DNA of 62,000 nucleotides from Lama guanicoe. Lineage: Eukaryota. The stretch spans positions 372,001-434,000 of the forward strand of contig MU053365.1 in NCBI GenBank assembly GCA_013239625.1, in the 5' to 3' direction. Below are positions 1 through 13,936 of the stretch, piece by piece (position 1 is the stretch's first letter; every line of letters begins with the position of its first letter). The notes under the pieces are model-generated. The model saw only the letters and a list, made by a program, of their open reading frames with translations. It had not been told where the DNA came from and ran no database searches. The position numbers and the translations under genes are program-made.

Positions 1-29
1 GTCTGTTGAGTGCACTACGATGCAATGAA

Positions 30-400
30 TTACCCTTCTATTATTGATTATTTGGTTTGCTTCTAATTGGGTGCTATGATATATGCTAAGCTGAACACTG
101 TACAGATAACTCGTTCTACTCTTGGAATTATTTTCTCCAGTACAGGAAATTCAAATTTCTGGAAGTTGAATTACTGGTTGAAGAGATGTGAATGCTCACT
201 GGTGTAGGTTTTCCTACATGATGCCAAACTGCCGTCAGTTCCCGCTCCCATCAGCCAGCGAGGAAGAGGCCCAGGTCGCCATGACTGTGTACGCGTGCTC
301 ATGCTAGGTAGTAACGTTTTCACATTTTCTTGTCAATTTAAAAAGTGTCTTTCTTTAATTTGTATTTGAGGATGAATAGAAGGCATGGCTTTCCTCCGTG
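30..400 (-). mobile_element. Old L1 (L1ME-type) 3' fragment
   Basis: Degenerate similarity to an L1 3' region (gaagttgaattactggttgaagag...atgccaaactgcc...cccgctcccatcagc). Confidence 0.5.
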
Positions 401-1529
401 TTTTGTTTATTAATGGTCCCCCTCTTTTTTGCATCCTTACAGTTTTTGCCAGGAATTTCATCTTGTGCATCTTTGAAAATTGCAGGCAGCCTCAAATAGA
501 CACGGAGAAATCAGTTTCCCTTTAAAAGCTACAAATGGCAGTGGCGGCTTTCACAGGGCATAAAGTAAGTCTGAGGGACACCTCGCACGTTTCTCAGAGC
601 AGCAAAAAGCCAAAGATGGCTGCCTGGCCTGGCAAGGAAGGCTGGCGCTCTCCTCATAATCTCCCCACTTTTGTGGCTTTAACTAAATCTTCTGATTCTG
701 TCTAAGCACAGGTTTTTTTCCTTCCTCTTTATAATAGTTCTCCTTCTTTTGGACTTTTCGAATGCTTTCCTGGGAAAATATGCATGCTAAATGTGTCCAA
801 TGTTTGTCTGAAGGTTTAGGTACAAGCGTCCTCAGATTTGTAAAGTTTATTGCAGATGGGAGGACACACAAAAACCAGGCCTGGCATCATCGATCCACCG
901 ACCAGAGGTGGCTGGGACATAAGGGCCCAGCAGGTGAAGGCGGCATCAGAAGCAATTATTTAGTCCATCCAGCGAATGATGGTGCTTATCCACTATTCAG
1001 AGGTGGATTACAGTATTTTACAAACATCTGCAAATTACTAGAAAACACTAGAATGGATATCATTTTTTCTCTTTCTCTCATCTCTGCCCTGCCCGCTGCT
1101 ACCACTTTGACTGCCTCCCTCAAATTCCAGATGCGTGAAAAGTGGACTCCACACCTGCGGCTGTAAAAGCTGACTTTGTGTTGGAATAGTGCCCCTCCCT
1201 TTTTAATAACTGAGGCAGAGATTCTTAGAAAACATAGTTTATAACAGAAATCCCAACAGTGCTGCTATTTTTGAAGGATAAAACTGCGCTTGGACAAGAC
1301 AAGTGTTGGGGCCATACAGGGAAGGCACGGTGCTTTATTTCTACCCACCGCCTTTCCAGCTTCATTTTATGAATATTGAAAAGTATCACACTCACGTTAT
1401 AACTTCTGAAGGGGCTAACTTCCAAAAGCAGTGTCCAATCAATTATAAATTTTCCATGACAATTAATCAAATGGCAAGAGCTAATATGATGACTTCTAAG
1501 AAGAGGCGGCCTTGGACCAATCATTACTA

Positions 1530-1769
<240 letters not shown>

Positions 1770-1809
1770 TCATCAACACGCTCGCTCCTCTTCTCTCCTT
1801 CATCTAAAG

Positions 1810-2008
1810 GGCTGGTTCTCAACCCAGGGCAATTTCGCACCCCGCCCCCGGGGAACCTTCGGCAATGTCTGGAGACGTTTTTGGTTGTCGCCACTAGGGA
1901 CCGGGGGCATCTGGTGGGCAGAGGCCAGAGATGCTGCTAAACATCCCCCAATGCACAGGATGGCTCCCACCACGGAGAACTGCCCAGTCCAACAGTGCCA
2001 AGGTAGAG
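1810..2008 (+). mobile_element. MER20 (hAT-Charlie MITE)
   Basis: tggttctcaacc...ggcaatgtctggagacgtttttggttgtc...gaggccagagatgctgctaaacatcc...aacagtgccaagg matches the recalled MER20 consensus. Confidence 0.85.
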
Positions 2009-3246
2009 ACATGGGGGGTATATAATTCAATACAATTATGAATTTGTATTGACAAGGATGCAACTGATTTAAGGTTCTATTGTCGTGACACTGAGGCTGG
2101 CCGAGAAGAGAGACCTGCAGCCAAGGAATCGTGTCTGGGTGGTTCGACTGTTATCTTTTTGGTGGAGCAGAAGCCTGATCACTGCCTCGACTAGTTTCTA
2201 CGACTACATTGACGAGACTGGTCATCGCCCTGTCCTCCAGACAGAGCTTTCAACGAAGCTCTGTTTTTTATAAGCCTCCTGGACCACTAATACACCCAGT
2301 CCTTGCTTGGAACCCTTGGTGAGCACATGAACCCCACGGCCAGGAGAAAAGCACCCAGCTAACGCTATTGTCATGGAAACCGGCAAGCTGCAGCATGACT
2401 GTTGACAATGATCACATCACTTTCATTGTAAATGATGGTCTGAAGCAGTGTGTCAAAAAGCCCCAAAATATAGCACTACTAAATATTTTAGTTTAGTAAA
2501 ATTTTATTGCAAGAGGTTTTAGCCCTGATAATGGTCCCGATTAAACTGACTTTTTTTTTATGTGTAATGAATATTATATATGACAGTTTTATAGTGAGGA
2601 TTTTATAACAGTATTTAATATTTTCAATTTTTGATAGCTAGATGTAAGAATTCCACTAATACAGAATTTTACGGGAAAGAACCAATATAATGCAGATTTA
2701 GCTATTTTAATTTTCGTGTATACCTTTTATCAAAATATTTTCTACGCAACTGTGAAGGTTTCAATTCTCAAAATGGTAGAGTAGCTGTCTCTAGCCAAGG
2801 ATTAAGTACAACTATAAAATGATGAGTTACAGGTCCTGCAGAATTGCTTGTGGTAAATGACTCTCTTTACAATAAATGTTCCCCGGCTTTTATGTACTGC
2901 AGGAGTTCTGTGGTTTCCTTTCTGTAAGCTGTTGTGGAAAAAATACCGGTTTCACCCAAATTCAAAGTGATTTTATGAAAACCTACGTGTATGTATGGAA
3001 ATTCTCTCCTTCTCTTGCCTTACAAGATAATTTCCTTCGGGCATGCTGCTCTGAATATTCCATGTGGAAATGAAGCTTTATTTCCTGATTTTTGGAAGTG
3101 ACTTTTCATTCACAAACCCAAAGCTGGAAGGACCCTTAAAGATCACCTGGCTCAAATTTCTTTTCCCTGAGTCTGTTTCCACGTTCATAAACTGAGGGGC
3201 TTAAACTCTAAGGGAGCTTCCAGCCAAAGGCCTCTTCCTCTCAATG

Positions 3247-3475
3247 AGAGTTTCTCAACCTTTTCTTCATTATCACCCCTACCCCCACCACTGAGGGAGA
3301 TTTTTAGATATTTTTTCACACCCAATTGAAACTTTAATACTAACAATTATCTCCTGATGTGCTGTGACCCTGTGGAGGGTCACGCATCGTTGCAATATCT
3401 GAGATTTATTTCACCCGCCAAAACCAAATTTTGCCCCAATGGGGGCAAAATCTCCCCAAATGGAAAACGCATTGT
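3247..3475 (+). mobile_element. MER96B-like hAT MITE
   Basis: tttctcaaccttttcttcattatcacccc...tttttagatatttttt...accaaattttgccccaatgggggcaaaatctcccc, with internal palindromes. Confidence 0.65.
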
Positions 3476-4176
3476 CTAAGCGAATTAGATCATCAGTGAA
3501 TCTGGGGGACACAGGAACACAACCCTGGAAGGTGGCAGGTGATGTCGAGTCTTAACCATCTGTGTGTATCTCTGTGGCCGATTTTTCTCAGTGCTCCTCC
3601 TGTCACCTACATGGTCTCACGCATGTGCCCCGGTCTCATCAGCTCATGCACCAGCAGGGCAAAGGCTGTGTTCTTTTGTGTTATCCCTGTGTCCCCTCGC
3701 CCTGATGGTGACAGCAGGCAGACTCCAGAGCCCTTCCGCACTGCTGTGGAGTCGAGGACGTCTTGAAGGCCTTTCAAACCTCTTGCTGACCTTACAGTGG
3801 TCATGAGCACCGTCTTCCCAGCATCCCTAGTGGAGCTGGCTCCCAGTCTGCCTTGTCATTTTTGTCTGGAGGAGCAGGGACCATTCACACCACGGAAAGG
3901 TCAGTTCCAGACAATAGCTGAACAATTTGGACGACAGCGGGAAACCAACAGAAAGGAGGGAAGTGGCAGGTGCCAGGGCCATGGGCAGTGATGTTGCCCA
4001 CACTGCTTTACAGCCCTCCCAGTGGCAAACAGCACCGGGCCTCTAAGTCCCGGCTGGACACAATGTGATGATGGAGAAGGTAATTTTTTTGAACCCAGTG
4101 GAGGGGGACTGACAGCTCGAATTGTGCTGGGCTTTAGTCAAAGGCGAGGACTTTAAATTTAGGGCCTTCTCTAAGG

Positions 4177-4345
4177 AAGTAGTTCTCGACCTTGGCTGCA
4201 CTTGGGAATCACCGCTTTAACAGCCGTGCCTGGGTCCCAGTCTCAGAAATTCTGATTCCATTTCTCTAGGGGTGTGGCCTGGGCCTCAGGGCTATTTTAA
4301 AGCTCCCCAAGTGGTTGTAACACACGATGGAGACCCCTTGTTAAG
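4177..4345. mobile_element. MER5A1-like hAT-Charlie MITE
   Basis: agttctcgaccttggctgcacttgggaatcacc...cagaaattctgattc...ttttaaagctccccaagtg. Confidence 0.75.
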
Positions 4346-4902
4346 AGGATCAATCAAACAACTCCATGCGCTGGGCTTCTCCCTGGTCCAGGCAGCCAAA
4401 AGCCTTGGAGGCAGCGGGGCCAAGCATCGTGGGGAATCCAGAGAACAGAACTGCCTTTCTCTGGGCAGGGCCTGAGGCTGGCTGGGGGCCTCACTCTGGA
4501 AACAGGAAATCACATGCAGCAAGAAGCTGAGTTTTTTCTACAGACCTCGGTTTCCCCGAGCCCATTTTGGGGGCCACTTAACTGGCTTTCAGCAACGCTC
4601 TCCCTCACCAGTTTGGGTTTATTGGAACCCAGAGGAGCTCCCACCTTCTCAAAGGCAGTTAAAAAGGCATTTCAAAATCACCGGAAAGACAGAAGCAGGA
4701 TAGACCCCTGAGTTTCTGAAGCTGGAGCAATGGGAAGAGTGGGAAGACCAAGCCTGGCAGGGCAGTTCGGCGCCAAGGAGTCGGGGAGTTTCAGCGCTGA
4801 GAAGGCACCAGCCCCCATCTCCCTGTGTCAGAGCAGCAACGCAAAGGCTCGAGACGCTTGTAAAGTGCCTTCTCTGTTTTCCATCGAAGCATAATACCGT
4901 CA

Positions 4903-5022
<120 letters not shown>

Positions 5023-5446
5023 TCAGAAACTGTCTCATCTTTTCATTAAAAGACTAAACGGTCAATATATTTTTTTGGCTATAAATCCATGCTTATGCAA
5101 TGCCTTGAAAAGGGGCAGATGAATGCTGTCAGGCATAAAATACCCGACCTGGAAATAATCCAGTAAATGACATCTGAAGTGCATCATGGCTCATTAGGAT
5201 AAATAAACACATCCTCCAACCCCGACCATTCCAGTTGCCCAAACAGATCCAACAGAACCTGGCTGTGACCGTCTCTGCTGGCATGCCGCTCTACTACCTG
5301 AGGTCCCGGGTAAGAAAGGGGGACCGAGCAACCTAGGATCAGCACCTTCCTCTGGAGACAGTAACAGAGCTCCACAACTAGAGGGGGCCGACGGTGGTTC
5401 CTGGCGGGGACACAGGTGTGTGGGCGGAGGAGGAATGCATTTTTCA

Positions 5447-6274
<828 letters not shown>

Positions 6275-7129
6275 CTAGTCACTCTGCAAAATGCCAGATC
6301 TAGGGCAGCAAACTGCTAGCACACCAGTCAGTGCCCTGGGACAGAGACCGAGGCTGTCCTTCTGTTCATGTGACGCCTAGACTGGTTTCTGGCTAGGTGA
6401 TGCCACGTGAGTGCCTCTTCATTTTGAAGTCCTGGGCTAGAGAAAGTTCATTTCGATCAGGTCAAAAATCAAAGGAGTTGGAGATTTCTGAGTTTCCCTC
6501 TGAACTGTCATTGCCATGGAAAGAATGGGATCCAGATGAATAAAGTCAGCGGTAGGGTATGTCACAATGTGTGACACGGTATGTGCTAGGAGACCACCTG
6601 CCGTGCCGACACGGCTGACTCTGCCCTCCCCACCGGGCGACTTCGGGGCGCTCCTGGTTCTTCCACCTCTGCCTGCATTTGCCGCAGTGCCTCTTCCCCC
6701 TGCTCTTCTGAGTGGGGATGTCCTTAAGGTTGGTACCCCACAACATCAATCCTCAGCACTCCTCTCTTGACCTTGACAGCACTGGCCCATCCGCTATGTG
6801 CTGGCACAGAATTGACAATAAGCAGGTAACTCCAGAAAGGAAACTTCCACCTTACCCTCTCTCCAACCCACCAGACCTGCAGTGCCCACTTCTGGAGAGT
6901 TCCACCAAGATGGTCCATGAGCAAATCAAACTGCTCTGAGACCAAGCTGAGAGCCAAACCGGTGCCCACTTTCTGTGAATGGCTGGGTTTCTCTCCATCG
7001 GTCAGGGCATCGTGGTCACCCCTGGGCTGGGTGCACTGGAACCAATGTCCTCCCCACCTTGCCTTCCACCCGAGCTGCTCGGCTGTAAGCACCCTTCTAT
7101 ATTGAAGTTCTGTAAATTGGTTCATTTCA

Positions 7130-7300
7130 AAACCTGATAATGCTCCTGTAACCTTTCTGAAAGCCACTGCTCTATTTCATCTCAAATTCCCTCTCCATTA
7201 CGCTTATCCAAGCAATCACAAAGTCCTGTTCATCTGTCTCCCCAGTGTCTCTCAAATCTGTCCCCACCTCCTCTGACGCCTCAAAGTGCAGTCCCTCATG
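7130..7300 (+). mobile_element. L2 LINE fragment
   Basis: atccaagcaatcacaaagtcctgttcatctgtctccccagtgtctctcaaatctgtcccc resembles the L2 3' region. Confidence 0.5.
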
Positions 7301-7644
7301 GCTTCGGACAGAGACGATTGGACAGCCTCCTGGCCAAACTCCCGACCTCTGAGCTTGCTTTTCCAGTCACCCTCCATCTGCTGCATGCCAGCCTGAGCTT
7401 CCTGAACCAAGCTCCCTGAAGTTCATTGCCTTGCACCCAAGTGCAAATCCAAGGCTGAGCTCCTTTGCTGGTGGGTAAGGCCCTCCCTGACCTGGCTTCA
7501 GCCTTCCTGACGCCCTCCCATGGACTTGCCACCAAACTGAACTCACCCCACTTTCTTCACCTTCCTGGTTTGGTTCCTGCAAAGCCTTGGGGTTGAAAAA
7601 TCCTCCTCTTTGTTACTTTTCTTCACCTTGTGATAATTTATTGC

Positions 7645-8215
7645 ATTTAAAATTTTTTAAATGGAGGCAAAATACACGTAACATCCAATTTACCATCTCA
7701 ACCTCTTTTTTCTTCCAGTTTTATAGAGATATATCTGACATACAGTGTGGCGCTATTGTCTTTGTAATCAATCTGTCTTTTCTCTCTGGTTGCTAATTGT
7801 TCAGCAATTTTACTACAGTGTGTCTAGTTGTGATTGGCTGCAACCACCTCAACCGTTTGTAAATGTCCAGCTGAGTGCTATCAAGCACATTCACACTGCC
7901 GTGCAAACTCCAGAACTCTTTGCACTTGCAAAACTAAAACTCTGCACCCATTAAATCATATGTCTCCATCCTCCTCCCCCGGGTCCCTGGCAATTCACCA
8001 TTCTAGTTTCTGTTTTGGCAAATGTGACCACTCTAGGTACCACATGTAAGTGGAACCATACACTCTTTGTCTGTTTGGGACTGGCTAATTTTATTCAGCA
8101 TAATGTCCTCAAGGTTCACCCAGGTTGGAGCACATCTCAGAATGTCCTTCCTTTTTAAGACTGAATAATATTCCACTGTGTGTACGGACCACGTTCTGTT
8201 TAACCACTTCTCTTC
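7645..8215 (-). mobile_element. L1MB-type 3' end, interrupted by a younger insertion at 7704-7842
   Basis: aaaatacacgtaacatccaatttaccatctcaacc...aaaactctgcacccattaaa...cagcataatgtcctcaaggttcacc...aagactgaataatattccactgtg. Confidence 0.8.
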
Positions 8216-8488
8216 ATTTCTAACCCCCTACTTATCTATCTCAATACTCTCTGCATAACTACCTGTTTGGAGAAGTGAGACTGGAATGAAAAATTCATCC
8301 TAAGTTAAAATCATCAAGATTGGAAGTACTGGACAGTCTGTGTATTTGTGTACACACACACACTTCTATTTCCCCCCTGCCCCTTCCTCCCCCACCCCGT
8401 GACACCCTCACGAGGTCACGTCCAGTTAGATAAACTGGGTCCACTTGTTTCTCCCTGCCAATGATCATATCTCTTCCAAGATGCTTAC

Positions 8489-8711
8489 ATTTACAGATAT
8501 CCCTTTGAAAGTTGCGCAGAATTTGCCTTCACTCCTCTTAGGTTTGGTCGAGGTGATCTGTCCAATCACCGGGATGCTTTTGTCTTGACCGAAGGGACCA
8601 TTACTGCCGCTGACGTTCCTGCGGCGGGGAGGGTCCTCTGGCAGAGGGGAAAGTGGAGGAGGAAACAACTTTTCTTCTTTTCTTCTATTTGCTCTCCTGG
8701 ATGAATTATTT
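8489..8711 (-). CDS. AFF2: AFF2 internal coding exon (about exon 13)
   Basis: (E)[33 protein letters not shown]...FKGISVN. Acceptor TTTACCCAG, donor AAT|GTAAGC. 223 nt, phase 2-0. Confidence 0.97.
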
Positions 8712-11123
8712 CTGGGTAAACAAAGAAGACACGGTGTCATAAAATTTCGTCTCTCTTTATCCTGATTTTTCCCAGGATGCTGGCACTTTCAGCTAAAGTA
8801 ATATATTGGCTGATGGCCCTTTGCCCGGGGTGAAGAGAATATATAAAAGTGCACAGAGGCACAGATACCTATAGCGAGGTAGCCCTCCCTATAGATGGAG
8901 CTATAGATAAATGCAAACTCATATATCTAAGGGTAAACACAAGTCTTTGAAACAGAACTCCATGATAAATGTAAATGTCTGCTGGAGTGTTGCCCCAGTG
9001 TGATATTTGCAACCTTTCAAGATTACTGTTAATTAGATTTTTATGGAAAATCCAATGCAGACTTTAATCCTATCATTTTTTAGGCTGGTTCTTGCTTATT
9101 TTGCCCTAGGACTTAACTGCCTGGTCACACAATAAACGGTACAATAAACAATTAGTGGAAGGGTATTTTCTTAAGAAAGATTATGCTTATACATTACACA
9201 GAAATAAAAAATGCACTAAATACTTTGGGGACACATTGCAAATTGTATGTTCGAAATGTTCTAACCCAACACCAAGGGGTAATGAGTCCTTGACCTTCAG
9301 GAGTTTTTTCAAAAATCCATTTGAAAAATATTTTGTCATTTTGCCACAAGACATCTGCAGTCCTGGGAGCGCTCCTGTGCTTTTAACCTGATGTATCTGC
9401 CCGTTAAATGGGCATCATTGAATAGACTGAGACTTCAAATAAAACAGGACAACTGAAAGCTTATGCTAGCTGCTTAACATGGTAATTGGGCCATGGATTT
9501 TTATTTTAGTTACTGTCTTTGACTAATCAATGAAGATTACTTGAATTTTAATCTTTTCTTAGACAACTAAGATTGCACTGTGCAGCCATTTGCTTTTCAT
9601 GATTATTGACTACAATTTTCAATAGCAAATTAAGTCAACAAGAATTTATGTTTTCCTCTTGGTCAATTTCAGACAGTGTCTTGAAATATAGATTTACAAT
9701 CTCTCAAAGCAACAAATCAAAGACGAACAAGCACTCCAGTGGCTTGATTTCCTGAGATGATAGAGGTCACTGCAGTCCCCGAGTTCCGCATCTGCACTGC
9801 TGCCCAGATCTGCCAATTGTAATCGGATGTGTCATCTTCTCCATCTTCTGTGGCATACATGTGGTCCTCTGTCCATTTGTGTCATACAGCCACATTTTCA
9901 GAAAATTAACTCTTTGGGCCCTTACTTCAATTAAATTAAATTAAAGTTCATTACAAATTATTTGCTGATGGATTTTTCAAATGCTTTGGCATGAAGAACC
10001 AATGTAAGACAGTTGTGAGACCTGCTGAAAATCATGGTGCAAATAGGGAGCAGGATGCAAGCCCACGAGGAAGCGCCACAAACATCAGGCCACACTGAGC
10101 ATGATCCCCACGGAGGAATCAGATCTGGGGGAGTTTATCGAGAGAGGTGTCGAGCCCTGCTGTGGTATCTCCAGGAATGCCTCCTCCTGTCCTCCCCCAG
10201 CTGCCTGAGCTGGTGGGGGGGGCTGCCACGGGGAGAACTGTCCCCCAGAGGCAGTCAGCTTGCTGTTGGCTGCTACTATTGCACAAGGCCTTCCCATCTG
10301 CCATCGTACACAGTACATGACACACGGTACATGATACGCAGTGCGGTCCAGTGCGTGACAGTGACCTGCAACCATGGGGCCTTTAATGACCTCCTGGGTG
10401 AAAGACACCAGGGAGCATTTTCTAGAGACCACCCTGTCACCACGATGGCTTCTTACTATGAGAACAGCTTTTGGTACCTTGGGCACCGCTTGTATAAGCC
10501 AGAGGAGGCCAGCAGGCAAGAGTCCCACACTTAATGCCTCAGAGGTCCTTCTGATGGTTCAAGCTCCAAAGAAAAAGGCAGGACGTCAGCAGGGCCTTTC
10601 TGGCGGACGGTGGGGAAGGCCAGCTGCCGTGGTCTGGTGTGGCACTCTTTGCTAGGTTTAGAATATTCATTTAGAAAAGTGAGTGTTGTCTCACAGACAT
10701 TGCCAAAGCTTTAGTTTAAAGGGTCAACGAAGCACAAAGGAGCAGACAAGCTTGGGGAGAGGGCTCCCAGGAGATCTCCAAGAGGCCCGGCCTTGCTTCG
10801 TTGTCTCTCAGCCGCCGAGGTTTCCCCACAGACGGGCATTTGCCTGAGGAGCATCCGAAGCTGATCAGCCCCCTCCTGGGTGATGAATGGGCTACTAGGT
10901 AAGCACTACTTTCCTAACTGCTACAAAAGCAGCAAGTCCGTAAAGGCCACAAGGTAAAACGCTGTTTTATGAAAACAAATTTGAATGGTTAGACATTCAC
11001 CTAAGACTCGATCATTTATCTTCCATGAAATGAGAACAATGACAGATCACTGGGTCATTGAAGGAGCTCACAATGGGGACTGATGGTGTGGCAAGGGCCC
11101 ACAGCCACCCTGGATTTTCCTTT

Positions 11124-11138
11124 TGCCCTCTGGTGGCC
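11124..11138 (-). promoter_or_regulatory. Candidate CTCF site
   Basis: The minus strand reads GGCCACCAGAGGGCA, an essentially exact CTCF core. Binding cannot be shown from sequence. Confidence 0.5.
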
Positions 11139-12259
11139 TGGCTTGAATAGATCAGAGCCAGGGAAACTGGGGAGGTACGGCCACCACAGAGATGCCACTT
11201 CAGTCCTTCCTCCTGGGAAAGGAGGAGGGCCCTGGAGTGACTGTGTTTGACCACTAGGAAAGAAGTCTATTTCCCCACATGCTGGGCCCACCCTGGAAGA
11301 GTTTCTAGTTCTGAGAACTCCAACTATGGGAAGGTGGGAAGGGATGTTTCAGATCAAATTATACCAGGGAATACAGATGCGTGTCACAAAGAGCTAGGGG
11401 TCCTCAGGGAGAAGTCAGCCCAGAGCCAAATCTCCTTATTATTTCGAGCAGATCTAATGGTAATTGATCTCTTCCTACCTTTCATCTCAAAACAAGGATC
11501 CAACCAAATGTAAGCTGATGACTTATTTCCGACACCTTATCTGTGGCAGATTGATGCCGTATCACTGATGTTAAATCGTAATCTGTGAAATCAATTGTTA
11601 GCAGCAGTTAGCCAGATTGCCTCTCTGCTCTGGGCTGCTAATAGGCTCCAAAACTGGTCTTTGATGGAAGTAATCTCTAATGTTGAATGAATTTATGACA
11701 ATAATTATCCAGACGGAATGGTTCCAGTAGCTGACATGATTGTTAGTTAAGTGATATTTATAAGACAGAAGAGCCCTGTCACGATGCTTGGTAGAAACAG
11801 GGAGGGGCTTCTCCAGGGAAGGCGGGGGTCGTTTGTGCCAGGAGGGGAGAGTGTTTCATCAGCATCAGAACCAGAAGTTGCCCAGAAGGAGGTGATTTTG
11901 TGTAAGGGATCAGTGTCTCTTGATGCTGCCCCCTTTTAAATTCATTTACTTTCTTGTGCCCTTCACTCAGTGCTCAAGGTTCACTTTGGCCGATTTTGGT
12001 CATCAGTCTGAGTTGGAATAAAGAAATGTTGCTAAAAAGCTCACGGAGTCACCCCCAAATCTGGCAGCCTGTATTCTACCCTTTATCCCACCCTTGTTAG
12101 GCTGGTGGCCAGGGACAGCTATCAGGACTGGACTGAGTGACTCCTGTTTCTTACTGAACATTCCTGTAGGACAGGACCACCCCCACCAAAAGGGGTTTAG
12201 CTGGGAGCTCTTAAGAGTCCGAACAATCGAAGCATCCCAGAAAGCCAGAGCAAACTCAC

Positions 12260-12381
12260 TCTTTAGCGCTGGGAGGCTTGTGGGGTGGAGCTGGTGAGAT
12301 GCAAGGCGGAAGCAGGCAGATGGTGGCGGCCTCCTCCAGGCGCTGCTTCTTCTCAGGGATTTTCTCTGCAACTTCTGCTGG
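12260..12381 (-). CDS. AFF2: AFF2 internal coding exon (about exon 12)
   Basis: [40 protein letters not shown](E). Acceptor TTTTTCCTGTTAAAG, donor GA|GTGAGT. 122 nt, phase 0-2. Confidence 0.96.
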
Positions 12382-12928
12382 CTTTAACAGGAAAAACAAA
12401 ATACACAGAGTTGGAAATCTATGGCCCATGCAGACATTTAAAAACACAAGCAAGAGAGACAGTTTGTTTCTACTTGAACTCCTAGGTTAGGGAGGGGAGT
12501 TAAAAGTGCCCTTTCAATCAGACAGAAAAGCAATCAGTCTTGCATAGCCCAGCCCGACCAAGAAGCTGGCATCTGAGTGAGTGGAGCTGTGATGTGAGCC
12601 TCTGATTAAAGACTGGGCGGCAGATGAACGTCATACTGAAAGTAAAGAGAATCTATAATTTTCAGACACTCTTCACGGGAACAACGCCCCCACAAATGAG
12701 CAGTTTAGGAACTAACACTGCAACTCTAACATGGCACAAACCATGGACCAGCAGCGTGGGGATCTGGGGTAACGTGTAGAGGTGACTTACACGATCCGAA
12801 ACGTGCAAGGAAACTGAGCACGTGCAAGGCACACCTTTGGACCTTCAGGTGCTGGTGCTGAAGACCAAGCGCAGCCCACCGACAGCCACGGCTCGCGAGC
12901 ACGTGGCAGGCCGCCGCTGCCAGCTCAC

Positions 12929-13936
12929 CTTGTGCCTACGCTTGCCCTTGGGGGCGGGCTTCTCGGCCGCCGCGGCCGCCGTCTGCCGCTTGGGCTTGGA
13001 GGCTGGCTCCTTGTGGTCTGGCTTGGCTGGCGCTGCTGGGAGTGAGTTGTGGCCAGGCACTCGAGACAGTAGGTCAAGGTCAATCTTCACCCAGAGATTT
13101 TTCAGATTCTCATGCTCTCGGAGCGGAGATAGCAGCTCGGTTTGCATGACAGGGACGGGTGAAAAAGCCGGCTCCTCGTTAGTGATGGAGGGGTTGTTGC
13201 TGTTGCCGCTGCTGATTAAGGTGCTGAGGGTCAGACTGGCCCCGCAGCTTTCCTTGGATTTGGCAGGATTGCCCCCGGGAGCCACGCAAGGAGGCAGGAC
13301 TTTGATCTGGAGGGTCTCTTCCTGATCTGTGTTGGAATCAGACGTAGATGAATCGGTTTCAATAAATTCCCGGGACTTCGGCACCGTCTTGCCAGGCCCT
13401 CGGTACTTCTTCTTCTCGGCAGCCAAGGGGATGTTCGGCCTCGGTTCTTTCCTGGGGACTGGCTTGTGGGCAGTGGCTTTGCTGCGGCCTCTCGGGGGGT
13501 CAGGAAACTCCACGCTTTCCTTCTCTTTGGGAGCACTGCTGGTAATATTTGGTTTGGGCCAGGTAAATTCCTCAATGCTGGTGTTCTTCTCGACCTTTTT
13601 GGGCTGTTTTTTCCCAATTGTCCTTGGAGAAGCTGTCTCCAGAGCTGTCGACAATTTATGCTTCAAAGCCTTTGTTTCTGGCGTTTTCGGGGTGGGCCGT
13701 GGACGGGCTTTCTCCCTGATGAGACTGAGGAGAGGCCTCTCTTTGGGTTCAGGCAGGACCTGGCTGGGATTTGTCTTCACCTTGACCTGGACTTCCATTG
13801 GTTGGATGATCGGAGGAGGCACAGAAATCGTCTCCATGGGCGTTTCATTTTGGCTACATATAAACGACTTGTTCTGGGATGTCACTTTGTTAAGCCATTT
13901 GTCCAACTGCCACTTGTTGGTGGAGGGCGGCTCAGG
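12929..13936 (-). CDS. AFF2: AFF2 large internal coding exon (about exon 11) with the KWQLDKWL motif and the AF9/ENL-binding motif
   Basis: Lies within ORF 12845..13960: [18 protein letters not shown]...[14 protein letters not shown]...KGKRRHK. Acceptor CAATCTGCAG, donor AAG|GTGAGC. 1008 nt, phase 0-0. Confidence 0.98.
13055..13096 (-). other. AFF2: AF9/ENL (ANC1-homology domain) binding motif [14 protein letters not shown]
   Basis: Direct translation. The motif is the established AF4-family AF9/ENL interaction peptide. Confidence 0.85.
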
